Source: Girardia tigrina (taxonomy: Eukaryota). From it: a DNA stretch of 55,863 nt. The notes under the pieces were generated by a model. The model was not told where the DNA came from. It was given only the letters and a program-made list of their open reading frames with translations, and did not search any database. How positions within the stretch are numbered: position 1 is the stretch's first letter; each line of letters starts with the position of its first letter. The DNA lies in assembly GCA_001938485.1 (NCBI GenBank), contig MQRK01242463.1:1-55863 (forward strand), in the 5' to 3' direction. This document shows positions 32,961-47,039 of this stretch, piece after piece. The position numbers and the translations under genes are program-made.

Positions 32961-35687
32961 CACAAACAAAATAACGTAGCAATACAGTAGAATAAATTTA
33001 AATTTACAACCAAAATACACTAAATTTACAGTAGAAAATCAGCGACAGAAAAAAACTTTGTAATGAGTAAAGATAAGATATTAGATATACTTATCTGTCA
33101 CATGGTATTTTTTAAATTATTTAGATTTAATTTTCAACTACTAAAATTTAAATATCAAATTTTTTTCGAACAATCTGAATCATAAATCACTGAAAAATAT
33201 CAATCGACCTTCCTGATGATAGAGACAGAATACCAAAAACAACTTACAAAATGCAGTACACTGAATGTTTCTAAATATTCCTCGCATGGGTTGATTACTT
33301 TATTTCGGCAAATAATTGCTTAATTTTTTGATTACACAAATTTAACATAACATAAAAATACATCTTCATTTTTTGTAATTCAACATTATTTTAGAATATA
33401 AATTAAACATGTTTAGTACTTCGCGCTTACAAAAATATTTGAACGTTATAAATTAAAGTTGTAAAATTTTAAAAAATTTTAAAACTGTAAAATTCGGAAA
33501 TCGTAAATTTGAAAATTGTGAGATTGAAAAGTTTAAATACAAATTTTAAAGTATTCATATTTAAATTATACAATATTTATTTAAAGGTTTGTGAATAGAA
33601 AATAATACTCCTCGGAAATTTGTTTTAAGAAACAGAAGTTTGTATAGAAATAAAATTTTGAAGTTATGTGCCTAAATTTGAGTTTGATCCGAATAAGGGT
33701 TCATCAAATACGTCTGAACGTAACAAACGTTATGGCAATAATTAATTTTAAAAAAGTTTAAATTATGTTGTTGCTGTCCATAAATGAAGTCACGCGATTT
33801 TAACAAATTTCAAAACCCCCCTTCCCCTCGTCACATTTCGTCTCAAAATGCCTGACCCCCTTAAATATGACATCAAAATGCTTTGACAACCCTCACATTT
33901 TTCTTTTGTTATCGTAAATTGCTAAAAAAAATAAGTTTTTTATAAGATTTTTTTTACAAAATTACACATATATGTATAGCCTTTATTAACAGCATCACAA
34001 TTTGAATGCAAACATTTATTGACAACACAAACAGTTTCTTCACAACAATTTTCATTGGTCATCTTTCTTTGATTGATATAGTTTTTTGTTAATATATTCA
34101 AATCTAAAAAAAACAATGAATGGGAAAGTTTAATAATAAATTTTAATTTCTCATAATTTTTATTGGATAAAAGTCATTACATAATTTTTTAAATGAACAT
34201 TAATTTTTAAAATATATTAAATTTAATAAGTTTATTTTATTTTTTAAGTTTTTTTATTTACTGAAAATATTATTAAAATTCATAATTATCAAACTTTAAT
34301 TAATTAGTACTTAAAATTAATATCATTAAATTAATTTCATTAGATTCAAATAATTAATCAAATAACATATCAACCCAATCTGAGTAGGAGAGTCACAAAT
34401 CTAAACAACATACAAACAACAAACTTACAACATTCCAAATTATCCCTCACAGCCTTCATTTTTTAAGAAGATGTTATGTTTTTTTTCATCAGTAAACTTA
34501 ATGATAAATTCTGATAAAAAGACTAATAAATTGGGGTATTGAAACATGTGCATCATTCAGTGTTGTCATCGAGTCGAGTCACTCTAAATATTTTACAAGT
34601 CGAGTAGCTAAAATTTTTAAAATAACTAAATAACGATCAACTTTATAAAACAATTCATAAATGATATTACAAAAGAAATGTTACAATTGTCATTTAATCT
34701 TTATTTAAATCATTTTCACACCGAATTTTATCGTTACAATTTTTAAAGCAACAAAACTTTGTTAAATAAAAATAAAGTGTCACAAAAATTAAAAATATTA
34801 AAATAACGATTAACAAATATATTTTCACACTCAATGGCACTAAAATATATAAAATAAAATAAACTAAAAGGTTTAATAACTTACTGAAAGTAAAAAAATT
34901 AAATGTTGTTTCATTTAAATTTAGATTAATTGACATTTTTGTAAAGAAATATTTAATAATCAGCAATAAATATAAATGGTTCAAATAGGGGTCACATTAT
35001 AGTTATGCTGGTTCGAGTGGACGAATTATAATTCTTTTTATAATTATAAAATAATGCAAAGAATAACTGTTTGTGTTAACAGTGGATTAATTATAACTTT
35101 GTCTCAAGTAAAATATATTACAATTTCAAAACATCAGACTTCTCTTGAAGTTTGAAAAATGATCTTAATACATATGACCAAATATAAGAAAATTCGAGAA
35201 TTAAGCAAAAAAAGGCGGACAAAATTTAAAAATGTACTTTTTCAAAATTAAAAAAAACTTTATTAAATTAAATTCGAATAGAAAATTACGAAAAAAATAG
35301 AGAATTTAAATCGATATAAATCTATTGGTTATGTGGTTTCCCTAAATAATGTAATGAATTGACCGTAATAAAGTTCAGGTAGACCTGTTCCTTCCCGAGC
35401 TTTAGCTACATCCGCATAATTCGGCACCGTATCTCTGGGTTGCTGATTATCCGAGAACAATTATAATTTAATATTTTCGGATTTCTTGATTTTAATATCA
35501 GTTCCATTGCTTGATAATTTGTTGAAATTACGAATTTAAGTCCACGTTGCCTAATTTAAATTTAACGGTTCACCTTTTTCATTTGGAAAGGTTAATGTAA
35601 TAATGTTTTTAAATATTCGAAATTAATTGTTTTTAAGTACATGATAAAAAGCGTAAAAACAGAATTTCATTTTTTGTGTTGTACTTA

Positions 35688-36951
35688 TTAAGGTGAACAA
35701 AAGTCTTTTCGTATTTTCTACGTCTTTTTGTTAAATTGTTCTTTATTACCAAATAAAGATATTTTATACACATGTGTCATATTTTTTTAAAGCTCTTGAA
35801 CTGCTCTATCACAATATATATTAAAACTTCTAATTAGTCGTTAATATAATTTTTATGGTCTTTTAGAAAAATTAGGGAAAATTTTGAAATTCGTGTTCTT
35901 TTGCGCCATTACTGGAAACAGAGCTTAAACGCAACTGCAGCAACAAAGAATATATGTAAAGTTGAAGGCGATAATGGGGTCTCAAATCGTATGCACGAAA
36001 TTAGTTCAAAAGGTTCAACGAAGGCGACATTGACCTCGGAGACAATGCACGTTCAGGCCGACCTTCACCGTAGATTCCGGAGCAATTCGTGAAGCCGTCG
36101 AGACAAATCCGTCAATAAGTACTCGCAAATTGTCGGTCGAACTCGATATTTCTCAAACATCCATTTTACGACACCTTCACGCTCTTGGCAAGGTCAATAG
36201 ACGATGTAAAGAAGAGCCTCATGAAATGACACAAATTCAAGCCAAAAAGCGTTTCTAAACTTGTCAAAAATTGCTTGAAAATCCGCATGATGACCGTTTC
36301 ATCCGTCGAATTGTAACTTGCAATGAAAAGTGGGTTTACTTCAGTAATCCAGACCAACAAAATCAATGGTTGGATCCCGGATAAATGGCGAAACCGGTAG
36401 CGAAACGAGATCGTTTCTCAAGGAAGTCACTTTTGTGTGTTTGGTGGAATTTCGAAGGCGTGATTCACTTCGAGCTGGTTCCAAATGGTCGTACCATCGA
36501 CGCTGACCTTTACTGCGCCAAACTTGATCGAATGTATGCGGCACTTGGTGAGAAATACCCCGCTTTGATCAATCGAAAGCGAGTTCTTCTACAACAGGAC
36601 AATGCAAAACCGCACACCGCAAAACAAAAAAAGGAAAAAATCAAAAATCTCGACGCCTTTGAACTTCTTCCACACCCAGCGTATAGTCCAGATCTTGCAC
36701 CATCCGACTATCACCTTTTACGCTGTATGGCACACTTTCTTCGTGGCTGAGGTCGAAAACGGGTGTCCCCAATTCTTCGCTTCTAAGAACAAGGATTGGT
36801 ACCGCAGCGGGATCGCACAACTTGCCCATAGATGGGTTCAAGCTATAGATTCAAATGGCCTTTACTTTGAGACTTAAATGTTTTTTATTTGTTGTAAAAT
36901 TATGTTTAAATTTTTAATAAAAAATACGAAAAGACTTTTGGTTCTCCCTAA
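35688..36951 (+). mobile_element. Full-length mariner element, decayed
   Basis: About 30-bp TIRs (AAAAGTCTTTTCGTATTTT core) with TA flanks; TCNEKW, QQDNAKPH and YSPDLAPSDY (35-residue spacing); stops and frameshifts. Confidence 0.93.
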
Positions 36952-37078
36952 TAAATAAACTTTGTTGTTGCTTAGTGCTGTTCTATTTCTGGTGAAACTA
37001 CAGTTAATTTTGATAATTTGTTTTGTTATAAGAAAAACGAATAAAACAATAATGAATTATATTTTACAGTGGCGAACA

Positions 37079-37545
37079 GGGAAACGGTCAAATGACCGAA
37101 TCCCGAAAAAACCGAATTCGCCAAAGATTGAATTCCCAAATGACCGAATTCTTAATTGCCCGAATCGCAAAAGACTGAAATTATTACAAAATTATTTTCA
37201 TAAATCAAATAAGGCTTTTTATCATTTAAAATTGAGATTCTTTATTTTAAAAGGAAATTTTTTCATTTATAATTGAGAATCTTTTATTTTCTTTATTTTT
37301 ATAATTTAAATGGAATTTAAAATCTGAATTTTATTGAAAAGAAATTTTAAAATGAAAAAAATATTAATTTAAAAGGAAAAATAAAATAATACTACATACA
37401 GCGACGTGCATAACATTTAAAATATTCCTCATAACAACTTATTTTAAATTAATTGTATTTTAGAATAATAAATTTTGGTATTTTGGGAATTCGGTCATTT
37501 TGGAATTCTGTCATTTGGAAATTCGGTCTTTTTGGAATTCTGACA
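37079..37545. mobile_element. Non-autonomous TIR element with tandem subterminal repeats (MULE-like MITE)
   Basis: Left array of aaatgaccgaat(t)cc units is mirrored by a right array of ggaattcggtcattt units. Confidence 0.65.
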
Positions 37546-37672
37546 TTAAAAAATGTATAAAATTTAATTTATCATCAATTATTAAATTGTGGAAATTACA
37601 TTCTATAACGTTTTTAATTGTAAAATTTTGAATAAATTAATGACAAAAATTTCTTAAAATGTTTTTTTATTA

Positions 37673-37880
37673 CCGTATCTTATACCATGTATAAGGTCCC
37701 CCTTATTTTTGGGTGTGCATTTTTGGAAAAGAAGTTTAAAAAAGTACTTTAATTCATTCCAGAAAATAAATTGAAATCTTTTGTGTTGGAGAAATATTTC
37801 AAATATTTACTAATTTACTAAAATTCGCATCAAATGTTCATTAAATTTTGACAAAAAAATTTTGACACGGAAAAATACGG
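37673..37880. mobile_element. Tigger-type MITE
   Basis: TA|CCGTAT ... ATACGG|TA termini. Confidence 0.55.
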
Positions 37881-38299
37881 TAATATACACAATAAATTGA
37901 TTTAAATTATTCATTTCCTTAATTTTTATAAGGATTTTTGGAATAATTTTAGTTTTGTTTTTCTAATGAAATTCCAAATGAATAAAAAGGATCACTCGTT
38001 AAAATATTTTAAATAAAATATGTGCAAGAAAGAAATTTTTTTAAATAATTTTATAATAAACTGATATTTTATACATAATATTAATTTTATATAAAAAAAT
38101 TAACTTTTAAGATACATTATATTTTTAAATATATAAAGACATGAACTGTATCACAAGATTGTAAAAAATGTTATTTATCTTTTTAAAATAAATTAGTAAA
38201 TTAAAATTAAACTTTAAAATATAATATAAACTATGGTCTAAAAATAATAATAAAATGTTTAATAATAAAGCAAACAAATGTCATTTTATATTGTTAAAT

Positions 38300-38480
38300 T
38301 TATTCCCAAAACAAACACGTCGGAACTGTTTTATCCAATAAATCTATCAAATGAAATTCAGTTTATCAATTCAAATATCACAAATACGAAGCATTATACA
38401 TTGAAGAGACAAGTCGTCGTCTTCGAACTAGAATTTCTGAACATATTCAATCGTGTAAAAATAGTTCGATTTCCAGACGT
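38300..38480 (+). mobile_element. Penelope-like GIY-YIG remnant
   Basis: An alternative frame reads VYQFKYHKYEALYIEETSRRLRTRISEH...NSSISR. Confidence 0.65.
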
Positions 38481-38988
38481 ATTGAAAATATCAGGGTAAT
38501 TATAATTATCATAATGAAGATTTTTAAGTTATTTTAATTAATGTTGGCACAAATTTAGAAATGGTTATTGTTGAAGAATAATATTAAAATAATATTAAAA
38601 CATTTTTAATCATGTTTTTGAGACACATTGTAATAGATTTTCAACTATTTAAAATAGTAATTAATCACTTTTTTATTTTACTAAAAACGCCGTAATGGTG
38701 AAACTCGTTTGTTTAGGAAATAAATTTAATATTAAACAAAGATCTTTTCCTAAATATATAAATTATAAAAAAATTAAATATTTAAATAAAAATATGCGTT
38801 AACTTTATTTTCCTAATAAATAACAGGAATATGTATTTTATCCAATAAAATATAAATTAAAGATTAAAATAGAATTTTTTTCCTTATACATTTTTGATTT
38901 TTATTTTTTTAAAAATTTTAGACAAAAAAATATAAGGTTAATATAGTTTAATAATTATTAAATAAATAATATTATTATTTTTAGAATA

Positions 38989-39507
38989 ATGAGTATTGAA
39001 TTGGAAACATTTTACGATATTCTCGGAGTAACTTCCGGCTGCTCGGGAACTGAGATTCGAAAACAATTTTTAATAAAATCACGACAACTTCATCCCGACA
39101 AAGCCCTACACTCAAACTCAGAATCTTTTATCAAGTTGAAGGAAGCATATGACTGCTTGAAAAATGAAAATTCGAGAAAATTGTATGATGAATTGATTAA
39201 TATTAAATTTATTGAAAAGGAAAGAGAATTAAAAAAGAAAAATAAGAAGATAATTGAGGAGGAAACTAAACCGAAAGTCAACTTACAAAAAGAAAATAAT
39301 AAATATAAAGTTAATTTTTCTGACGATTTAGAAGAAATGGAAGAGATAAAAATCCAATTGAAAAAATTGGATTTGAAATTAAAGACGATGGAAATAGAAA
39401 CTGAGCGCCTAAAGCAAACTGTGGCCGACCGAATAGCCGATCATAAATCAAATCCGCACGTTAAATTTATTAAAGAAGAAATGAGGAAGATGTTTCTGAA
39501 TCGCTGA
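38989..39507 (+). CDS. J-domain (DnaJ/Hsp40 class C) protein with C-terminal coiled coil, 172 aa, possibly DNAJC17-related
   Basis: FYDILGV...QLHPDK...LKEAYDCL....SRKLYD; intact ORF; possible 48-nt 5'UTR intron 38937-38984; AATAAA about 30 nt after the stop. Confidence 0.85.
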   Translation: MSIELETFYDILGVTSGCSGTEIRKQFLIKSRQLHPDKALHSNSESFIKLKEAYDCLKNENSRKLYDELINIKFIEKERELKKKNKKIIEEETKPKVNLQKENNKYKVNFSDDLEEMEEIKIQLKKLDLKLKTMEIETERLKQTVADRIADHKSNPHVKFIKEEMRKMFLNR

Positions 39508-39799
39508 GATAAATTTCTATTATATTTGTTTAAATGAATAAATTGTATTTTTAATGACTTATTTTATGATAACTTATTGTTTCAAACAATGATAATCGAA
39601 TAAATCAGTGCTTTCATTTATTCATATATTTTTAAGAAGATTTGTCAGTAATTATCTATATTTTTAAATATAAAATCTTATTTATCCTTTAGTTATTTTT
39701 TATTTACCATTTGTGTTATGTATTTTTCTATATCATTTCTATTTGCTTTGTAATTGTAAGAGAAGTTAATTATAACTCAGTTAATCTTCCTGGCAGTGA

Positions 39800-40950
39800 C
39801 ATGATTCCACGTTCATAAAATATTTGTTCTTTGCTGCTAAAAACTTTTCCAGGTGATTTTATAATCTTCATTTGATCCAAAAGTGTTACTATCTAAATAA
39901 TTTTGTAGAGACCGGAACAAATGATAATCAGAAGATGCGAGGTCTGGAGAATATGGTCGGTGAGGCATGATGTTCCATCCAAGCTGTAAAAGCTTTTGGC
40001 GAGTTACCAAACTTGTATGAGGTCTGACATTATCTTGGTGAAACACTATACATTTTCTAATGATCAATTCTGGCCTTTTGTGTTTAAGAGACTCATTTAA
40101 TTTGTCCAGCTGATGACAGTAGACGTCCGAATTGATCGTAGTTTTGTCCAGAAGAAGCTCATAAAATACGATTCCGTTGAAATCCCACCAAACAGATAGC
40201 ATCACTTTTTTTTATGAATGTCAGCTTTCGAAGTGCTTTGAGCAGGTTGATCTTTTTTACTCCAAGATCTCTTGTGTTTTACATTATTGTAGACTATCTA
40301 TTTCTCATCTCCAGTGACGATGCGCTTCAAAAATGGATCATTTTCTTGACGTTTGAGAAGCATATCGCAGATGTCTAAACGACAGCATAAATTTCGTTCG
40401 GTAAGAATATGAGGAATCCAGGTGTCGAGTTTTGATGTAAAACCTAGGCGCTTCAAAGGATCATGGACGGTCGAATTAGATAAATGTAATATCTAGGCAG
40501 TTTCGCGAGTTGTTATTCGCCGGTTTGAATCAATTAATGCCTTTATCATGTTTTCGTTGGCCTCAATGGGTCTTCCGGAACGTGAAGAATCTTCAACATC
40601 AAAATTTCCGGATCTAAATTTTTTAAACCAGTTTTGGCATTGGCGTTCTGTCAACACATCTTCTCCATACACTTCGCATAATTTTCTTCTTGCTTGTACA
40701 GCATTTTTACCTTTTCGGAAGTAAAAAAGTAATTCATGCCGTAGATGCTGATTCTCACTTTCCATCTTTGATAGGTCAAGAATCAAATATAAATGTTTTT
40801 AATTTATTCCAAAATTTTCCAAATTTAACCTTGGTTACCAACTGCTAAAATAAATGATATAGTCAATGATTATTAATGATTATTAATATAAAAAAATACA
40901 TTTAAAACAAGTATTAAAAAAAACGAAAGGACTTTCCGAAAAAAACCTAA
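39800..40950 (-). mobile_element. mariner (DD34D) element, 3'-truncated, decayed
   Basis: HTH N-terminus (ORF 40493..40786), VTGDEK, HQDNVRPH-34-D (YSPDLASSDY); one TIR at 40920-40950. Confidence 0.92.
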
Positions 40951-41279
40951 TAAATATAAAGATAATTTTTAAATTAGTATATTAACGTCGACAAAAAAAG
41001 CAAATAATCATTTCTTTAGATAACCTTTGAAATAAGATTAATTAAGACAATAAATGTTGAAGTAAAATATAAGATCTTATGCCCATTTTTATCATGAAAA
41101 TTACAAATTTATTTATGTAAAAAGTCAACAAATTACCGTAACTTTATAAAAGAATAAATCAGCAGATCAAGAAATATATATTACATTAAGACTCTATCCT
41201 ACCAATAAATTATAAATCAACATCATATTTCATCTCGTCAATATAGAATTCAAGTTTAAATTGACTTAAAACGTTAACT

Positions 41280-41560
41280 ACTATGAGGTTCACATTATAT
41301 GTCTAACTAAAATGTCAATGTATGGCTTTCAACTGTATAAGTCATGGCTTTATGGAAGAAATATTACTCCTGGAAATTTGGTTAATCTCCATAATTAGGA
41401 TTGTTGAATCACACTGTGTAAATAAGGCTTCTCAAAAGGCAACAATAGCCCAAACACCTCAATTTTTCTTAATGATGGTTGTTGACATGTTCATTAAAAA
41501 AATATCCTTTGAAAAAAATATCCAAAGATTAAGGATATCTTTTCATTAATATTTGATCTT
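41280..41560 (-). mobile_element. hAT transposase C-terminal remnant
   Basis: LLLPFEKPYL...TKF...KPYIDILV resembles the dimerisation/C-terminal region of Charlie/Buster-type hATs; very degraded. Confidence 0.4.
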
Positions 41561-43489
41561 ATAAAGTAAACATTAACACTGTTAAATTTTAATTTATTAG
41601 AGGCAATAATTTACTTGGTTCCTTACATAGGTAATCAAATGTTCCAGAACATAAACGGTTATTTAGATTTTTTTTCATCACTTTTATTAATTAATTTGAG
41701 TTTGTGACAATATAAGAACATTCATCAAAAGAACTAAAATACGGAATATAAAGTAAGGAAAAAATAATTAAGTTTCTTAAAAAAAATTTATTTTGTAAAA
41801 ATTTTAGTACATAAAAATAAAAAATATTTATTTATTAAAACAAATAACGTAATGAAATTCCACACTTCGATGTTTTGTTTGAATGTATCATATATTTTTT
41901 TGTATGTTGATTTGGGATTGTGTCTCTCCTAATTAGATGGATGATTAATATTTTAATTCTTATTACCTGAAACTAATTTATTTTAATTTAGATTTAATGT
42001 TCAAACTTTTAATTTATTATGAAATTAAATTTTAAATGATTTTATTAATTTTATTTTTTTTAATTTGTAAATAATCAAATCAAATTAATAATTTCCTATT
42101 GCTAATATTCATTTTATTTTAACCATTAACTTTTGTAGTAAATATTTTACAAAATAATATATAGTTTCAAATTAGGTTTTGGAATGAGAAGTCTTAAACA
42201 TTGATTGATGAATACAAGCGAAAGTACTATTACTGATTGTCATAAAGATGATCCAAATTTTTATTGTAATAAATGTATGAGTTCTCTTTACACTCTTGAT
42301 GGACATTATCCTGCGGTCTATGTCGAGATTAATTTCGTCTTTAGATATACGTGTTTTGTAATCTCGCATGTAGTTTGTGACTAGGTCAACGTATCAGTCA
42401 AACTCTTGCTAAGTACTTAAGTTGGTTGTTGTTTTAATATCATGGACATTGAGTTCCAATAGCAAAAGAGTTGATTAAAATCTTTTTTCCATGGATATGT
42501 TCAATTTCTTCTTTGGTTCTGATGTATTTGAAGTTGTTTCTGCAACTTTTTGGTTCACTTAAAAATGTTTATGTGAAGCAGTTTGAAATTTGGTGAATAT
42601 TGGGCAAGAAATTTTTATTGTTCTCTCATTTTTCTTCTTTATAATTGATCTATTTTTATATTTTATGTTAATTAGAACTGAAATAAGAGGTAGAAAATTG
42701 TAATAAAATAAAAAATACTTTAAATTTATTCAAAAAGATTTTATATTTTCATTTGTAAATTATAAATTATATTTGTAGTTGATATATATGTATTTAAGTT
42801 CGTATTTTAATGTCTGAATATTAGATGAATAAAATTATTAAGAGTTTATTAAAGGAAAAAGTCTGAAGTAAATATCCTTTTTCCGATTGTATAATACTAT
42901 TATTTATTTGTACGTTTATAAATTACGTCACATGTCTAGGGGAAGAGGGTTAAGAAATGTGTGTAATATTAGAATTAAAGTTAAGGAAATGTGTCTAGAG
43001 AAATGTTTGAAATGATTTTGTTATTTTCTCTCATTATTATACATACTTCTACATGCAAATGTGGATTATTGTGCTGTTGATGAAATTCTATTTTGAATCA
43101 ATTTAAATCTTTTGTTCTGATTTCAACGAAAAATTTTAATCAACAGACAACAATTTATCAATATGCACGAAATGATAAATTGATGTTTGACAAAGAGGGA
43201 AAGTGTTAAAAAATCGTGTTTTGTATGACATCATTTATGAATGGGCAATAATATTTCGGAGATAGTTAATATTATTAAAATATTTTACCTGAATTTCGAT
43301 AAAAGTTTATTAAAAAGACCACAAGCAAGTCTTACATTAACTAACAATAATATAATTTGATAGTTATGCAGTATATGAGAAATTTGTAAAACCATACTCA
43401 CAATTTTATGAAGAAAGTTTTATTTTTATGGTTGATTCCACCCTTAATGACCCATATGTTTCAACCTTTAGATGTTTAAAAAAACAAAC

Positions 43490-46200
43490 TTTATTTCAAA
43501 CAAGGTATAGTTGTTGCCCGTGGGCAATCATCCGATACTACGAACTAGCTCGTCCATTTCAGCATTACGCGCCGATCACGACTCAGCCATCGGTTACTTA
43601 AGTCGGGTTCCATTGGTCGGTATTGTGCTTGTGCCAGGTTGTTGCACAATATTTGATGTTGGAGATAACACACATTCTTCGAAGGTTTGTTAGAGTTGTA
43701 TTTTTTCTCGTTGTTCTCTTGGGGTTTGTGCAGTAGCCCCTTTGTGTCGTATGGGGTTTTTACGTCAATTAATCATAATTCTTTACTACCTTCTTTCTTG
43801 ATGTGAAGGTATATTCACTAGTGAATTATTGACCATGAGCATTCTCTATTGGTTTTTCGATCAGCAGTTGCTTCCGTGAAGATCGTTTGGATTGCATTGT
43901 GGCATGCCAATATCATGGACCTCTTCCTATTTAATAAACAACAGATGTGAAATAATTCTCCACATTAGTACAACAGCCCCGGCATCTCGTTTCACTTGCC
44001 GGCATGTTTAGGATAAAATTGGTTGGTAGGCTGTTCGTCCTTGTCGCGTGGAGGAATCTCTATTCTTCATCGGTGATGTCTGCGTTGTATAATGCGGTTA
44101 TGCTGACTTTGCTCTCCGATATTACCACCGCCGATATACCTGCTACCTTTTGACGTCTCCACTTGTTAAATTTCAATTGGTCTTATGCTCTATGGATTTG
44201 AAAGCAAACAGCGTCCAAATTTACCTGACTAATAAGCAAAGAGTCTGAACTGGTGTGTATTTTTAGCAAATCACTAACTCATAGGTCACAAACCGAACTA
44301 GCAATCCAATGCCATCCAGGTATCTTATTTTCGTATCTTAGTCCACCAGGATTTATAGACATTTTCCTTATCACCCTCGTTCAGCCATGTGAGACAATCA
44401 TATAATGACCAGTTTCATAGTATTTGGCCATCGTATTGTGCAGGTTAATAAGGGTCAGATCTCGTGTTGTATAATCTGAGCAAGTAATATTTCTAAACGT
44501 CTGTATGATTGACTGAATGGCGTACTCATCACGGACCGAGACAAGTCCAAGTCCTCCCAAGTCTTTGTCTGCATAAATATATTCATTGGTAGAGTTCGTT
44601 ACCATCCCGCAGATGTCCTCTATATGTCTTCTTATTTTAATGTCAAGTCCACTCTAAAATACAGCTGTGGTTGTATCATGGAGACCGTAGTCCGACAGCT
44701 CACGGTTTGCGATGTTGTAGTTCCTAAAGAAGAAAATGAGTCTAGAGTGCAGGAATATTCTAAAAGCATCCAATTTATGCCATGGAAATAGGATTGGTTT
44801 TGCTCTCTTTTGTAAATCCCAAATTAAGTCTTTGAATAACTTCTCCGGTGTATTCTTAGTCTTTCTGGTGAAGTCAACACTTAAATAGCGATACCCTTCC
44901 TCGTCTGTTACTATTGGGATGGTTGAGTCTTCAATAAAGACCGAATCAGCCTCTAGCGGAACTGACAGATATCGACATGTAAAGGCCTTAAATTTCTTGA
45001 AGGACCAAGTGACTAGTTTCGTTGCAACATTCCCTGTAATGTGTAGCGCTCGGGTGCGATTAAGCCAATATCATCCGTGTATGCGCGACATGTTATTTTA
45101 CCCGCTTCAGTCATTATTCGAAAAGAATCGTTCCTTTCAAGTGTGGTTAGGACAGGATCAATGTCGATGCTGAATAAAAGCATTGAAAGAAGACAATTTT
45201 GTCTTACTCCTCTTTTAATTGGTGTGGAGGATATCGAGCAGTCATTACATGTGTATACCGAAGAACAGTCTATGTATAAATTTCTAATGAGACAACAAGA
45301 AAGGTCATCAAGCCCCTTTTTCAGGATAGCCAAAATATGTTCAATCGCTATACTACCAAAGGCATCTGTTAAATCTAAGATGGCAATATATACATCATTG
45401 TTGTCATCAAATAGAGTGCGTAGAACTTTGTTGTGTTCTGCACACCCACCAGACGAGCTAGTACCTTTCTGAAATATCTACATCAGTCCGTTCTCTACAA
45501 TCCACTTCTTAAATTGACTGCACAGACACGATGGGAAAAGTTTTGCTATGCATTCAAGTAGAGCAATGGGACACCAAGAGTTCATTTTAGTTAACACACT
45601 TTCCAGGCTTTTGGATCATAACTGTGAGAAACTTCCTCAATCGTGTTGGTATGATATCGGCATCTATAATTTTGTTAAATAGGATAGTTAGAAATTGACA
45701 GCCGGGGTCGCAATAATCAATATTTGAGTAAGTCACAATTGATAAGTCAGGGCTGGTGTTTTTCGTTTTTTCAGTATTCCGGTCACTTCTTCGGGTGACA
45801 CGTGACGAAAAGAGAATCCTGGCCCAGGGTTTATTCGGGGTAAGTTTTTTCAGTTACTTTCTGGTGAATCACAAGCCTTTGACATCGCATAGGCTTCTAA
45901 TTCTTTCAATGGAAGTATACAATCGACCGCTGTTTCTTGAAGGATTAGCTCAATAGTTTTTTTTCGGTTGGACATTATATAGGAAACGTAGATTTTTATC
46001 TTTTTATATCTATTTTTTAAGTTTCCGAGAGTTATTCAGGTTTTTGCTTCTTTTACTTCGTGTTTTCAAAATGTAATCCGAAAATATATTTTCTAAATTT
46101 TCAATATTACAATGTTTATTATCATTAATAAATTTAGTCACCAAGTCGAATCTTTCATTTCTGTCTAGTGATTCCGTAATCAGTGAAAGTCTTTGTTTAC
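43490..46200 (-). mobile_element. RLE non-LTR retrotransposon (NeSL/Utopia-like), decayed
   Basis: RT motifs WCPIALL, LDLTDAFGSI, GVRQ..LLSMLLF, AYTDDI, RYLSV and DLGGLGL; CRGC knuckle remnant; DVKTPYD; 3'UTR ending in AATAAA. Confidence 0.88.
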
Positions 46201-46589
46201 TTTTCTTATGGTTCCTAAGCTTTATGATTTGACATAAAATATTTCGGACATCAGAGTTTACTCGTTGGATATCGGATATAGTTGATGAACGGATATCAAA
46301 AATTTTTTGTATATTAAAACGCTTTTAAAAACCTTTTTACTTTATTTTTTTATCTAAATAATATGCCCGCGTAAAATAAAGGGTGAGCAAATTATTCGAT
46401 TAATTTTAAAAAACTTTAAGAAAATTGATTTTTTTAAATTTGGTTAGTTTGCGCGAGTAAACTATTTGGAGTAACACTGTGTTCGTCTACTCTTAAACTT
46501 GAATTCGATACAATAATGGGTTCATCAAATGTCCGAACTTAACATACTAACCATAACCAGCAACTCAGAACAACTGGTTTCACAAAAAC

Positions 46590-46990
46590 TTCCGGAGAGA
46601 AATGATATATAGAAAGATGATATAGAAACTTTTATATCCGCTTCTTCAAGATACTTTAATGGCATGAACTAGTTTCAATATACGAAAGCTTATCGGTTGA
46701 AATAAAAATGTTTAAAGGCCGCCTTCAAGAAGCATTCGAAAAAAAAGTTCAATGATGGAGGATCTGAAAATTATTTTAATCTTTGAAAGATCCGAAGAAT
46801 CAGTGGAAGAAAATCAGCATTAAAATGTTTAAGACAAATATGTGTCGAAGACGAATTGGAATAACGTCTATTAATACATAGTTTGAAAAACAGTTATGGA
46901 AGGAAAATATTCACATATACTGTCAAAAAAGGATTAACTATCGGAAGTCAAACAATGATTGAAAAACAAAATCAAGTGCTGGAAATGAAT
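46590..46990 (+). mobile_element. Highly decayed Gypsy gag remnant
   Basis: DDIETFISASSRYF, FKGRLQEAFEKK and KIKCWK resemble the gag at ~13165-12500 ([23 protein letters not shown]). Confidence 0.5.
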
Positions 46991-47039
46991 TTGAAAATAA
47001 AAATTTATGGATTTATTATCTTTTGAGGTATTAACGAAT

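Noticed and set aside
33209-33242. CTGATGA...AAAAC as a third hammerhead
   Set aside because: Stem II does not pair and GAAA is absent.
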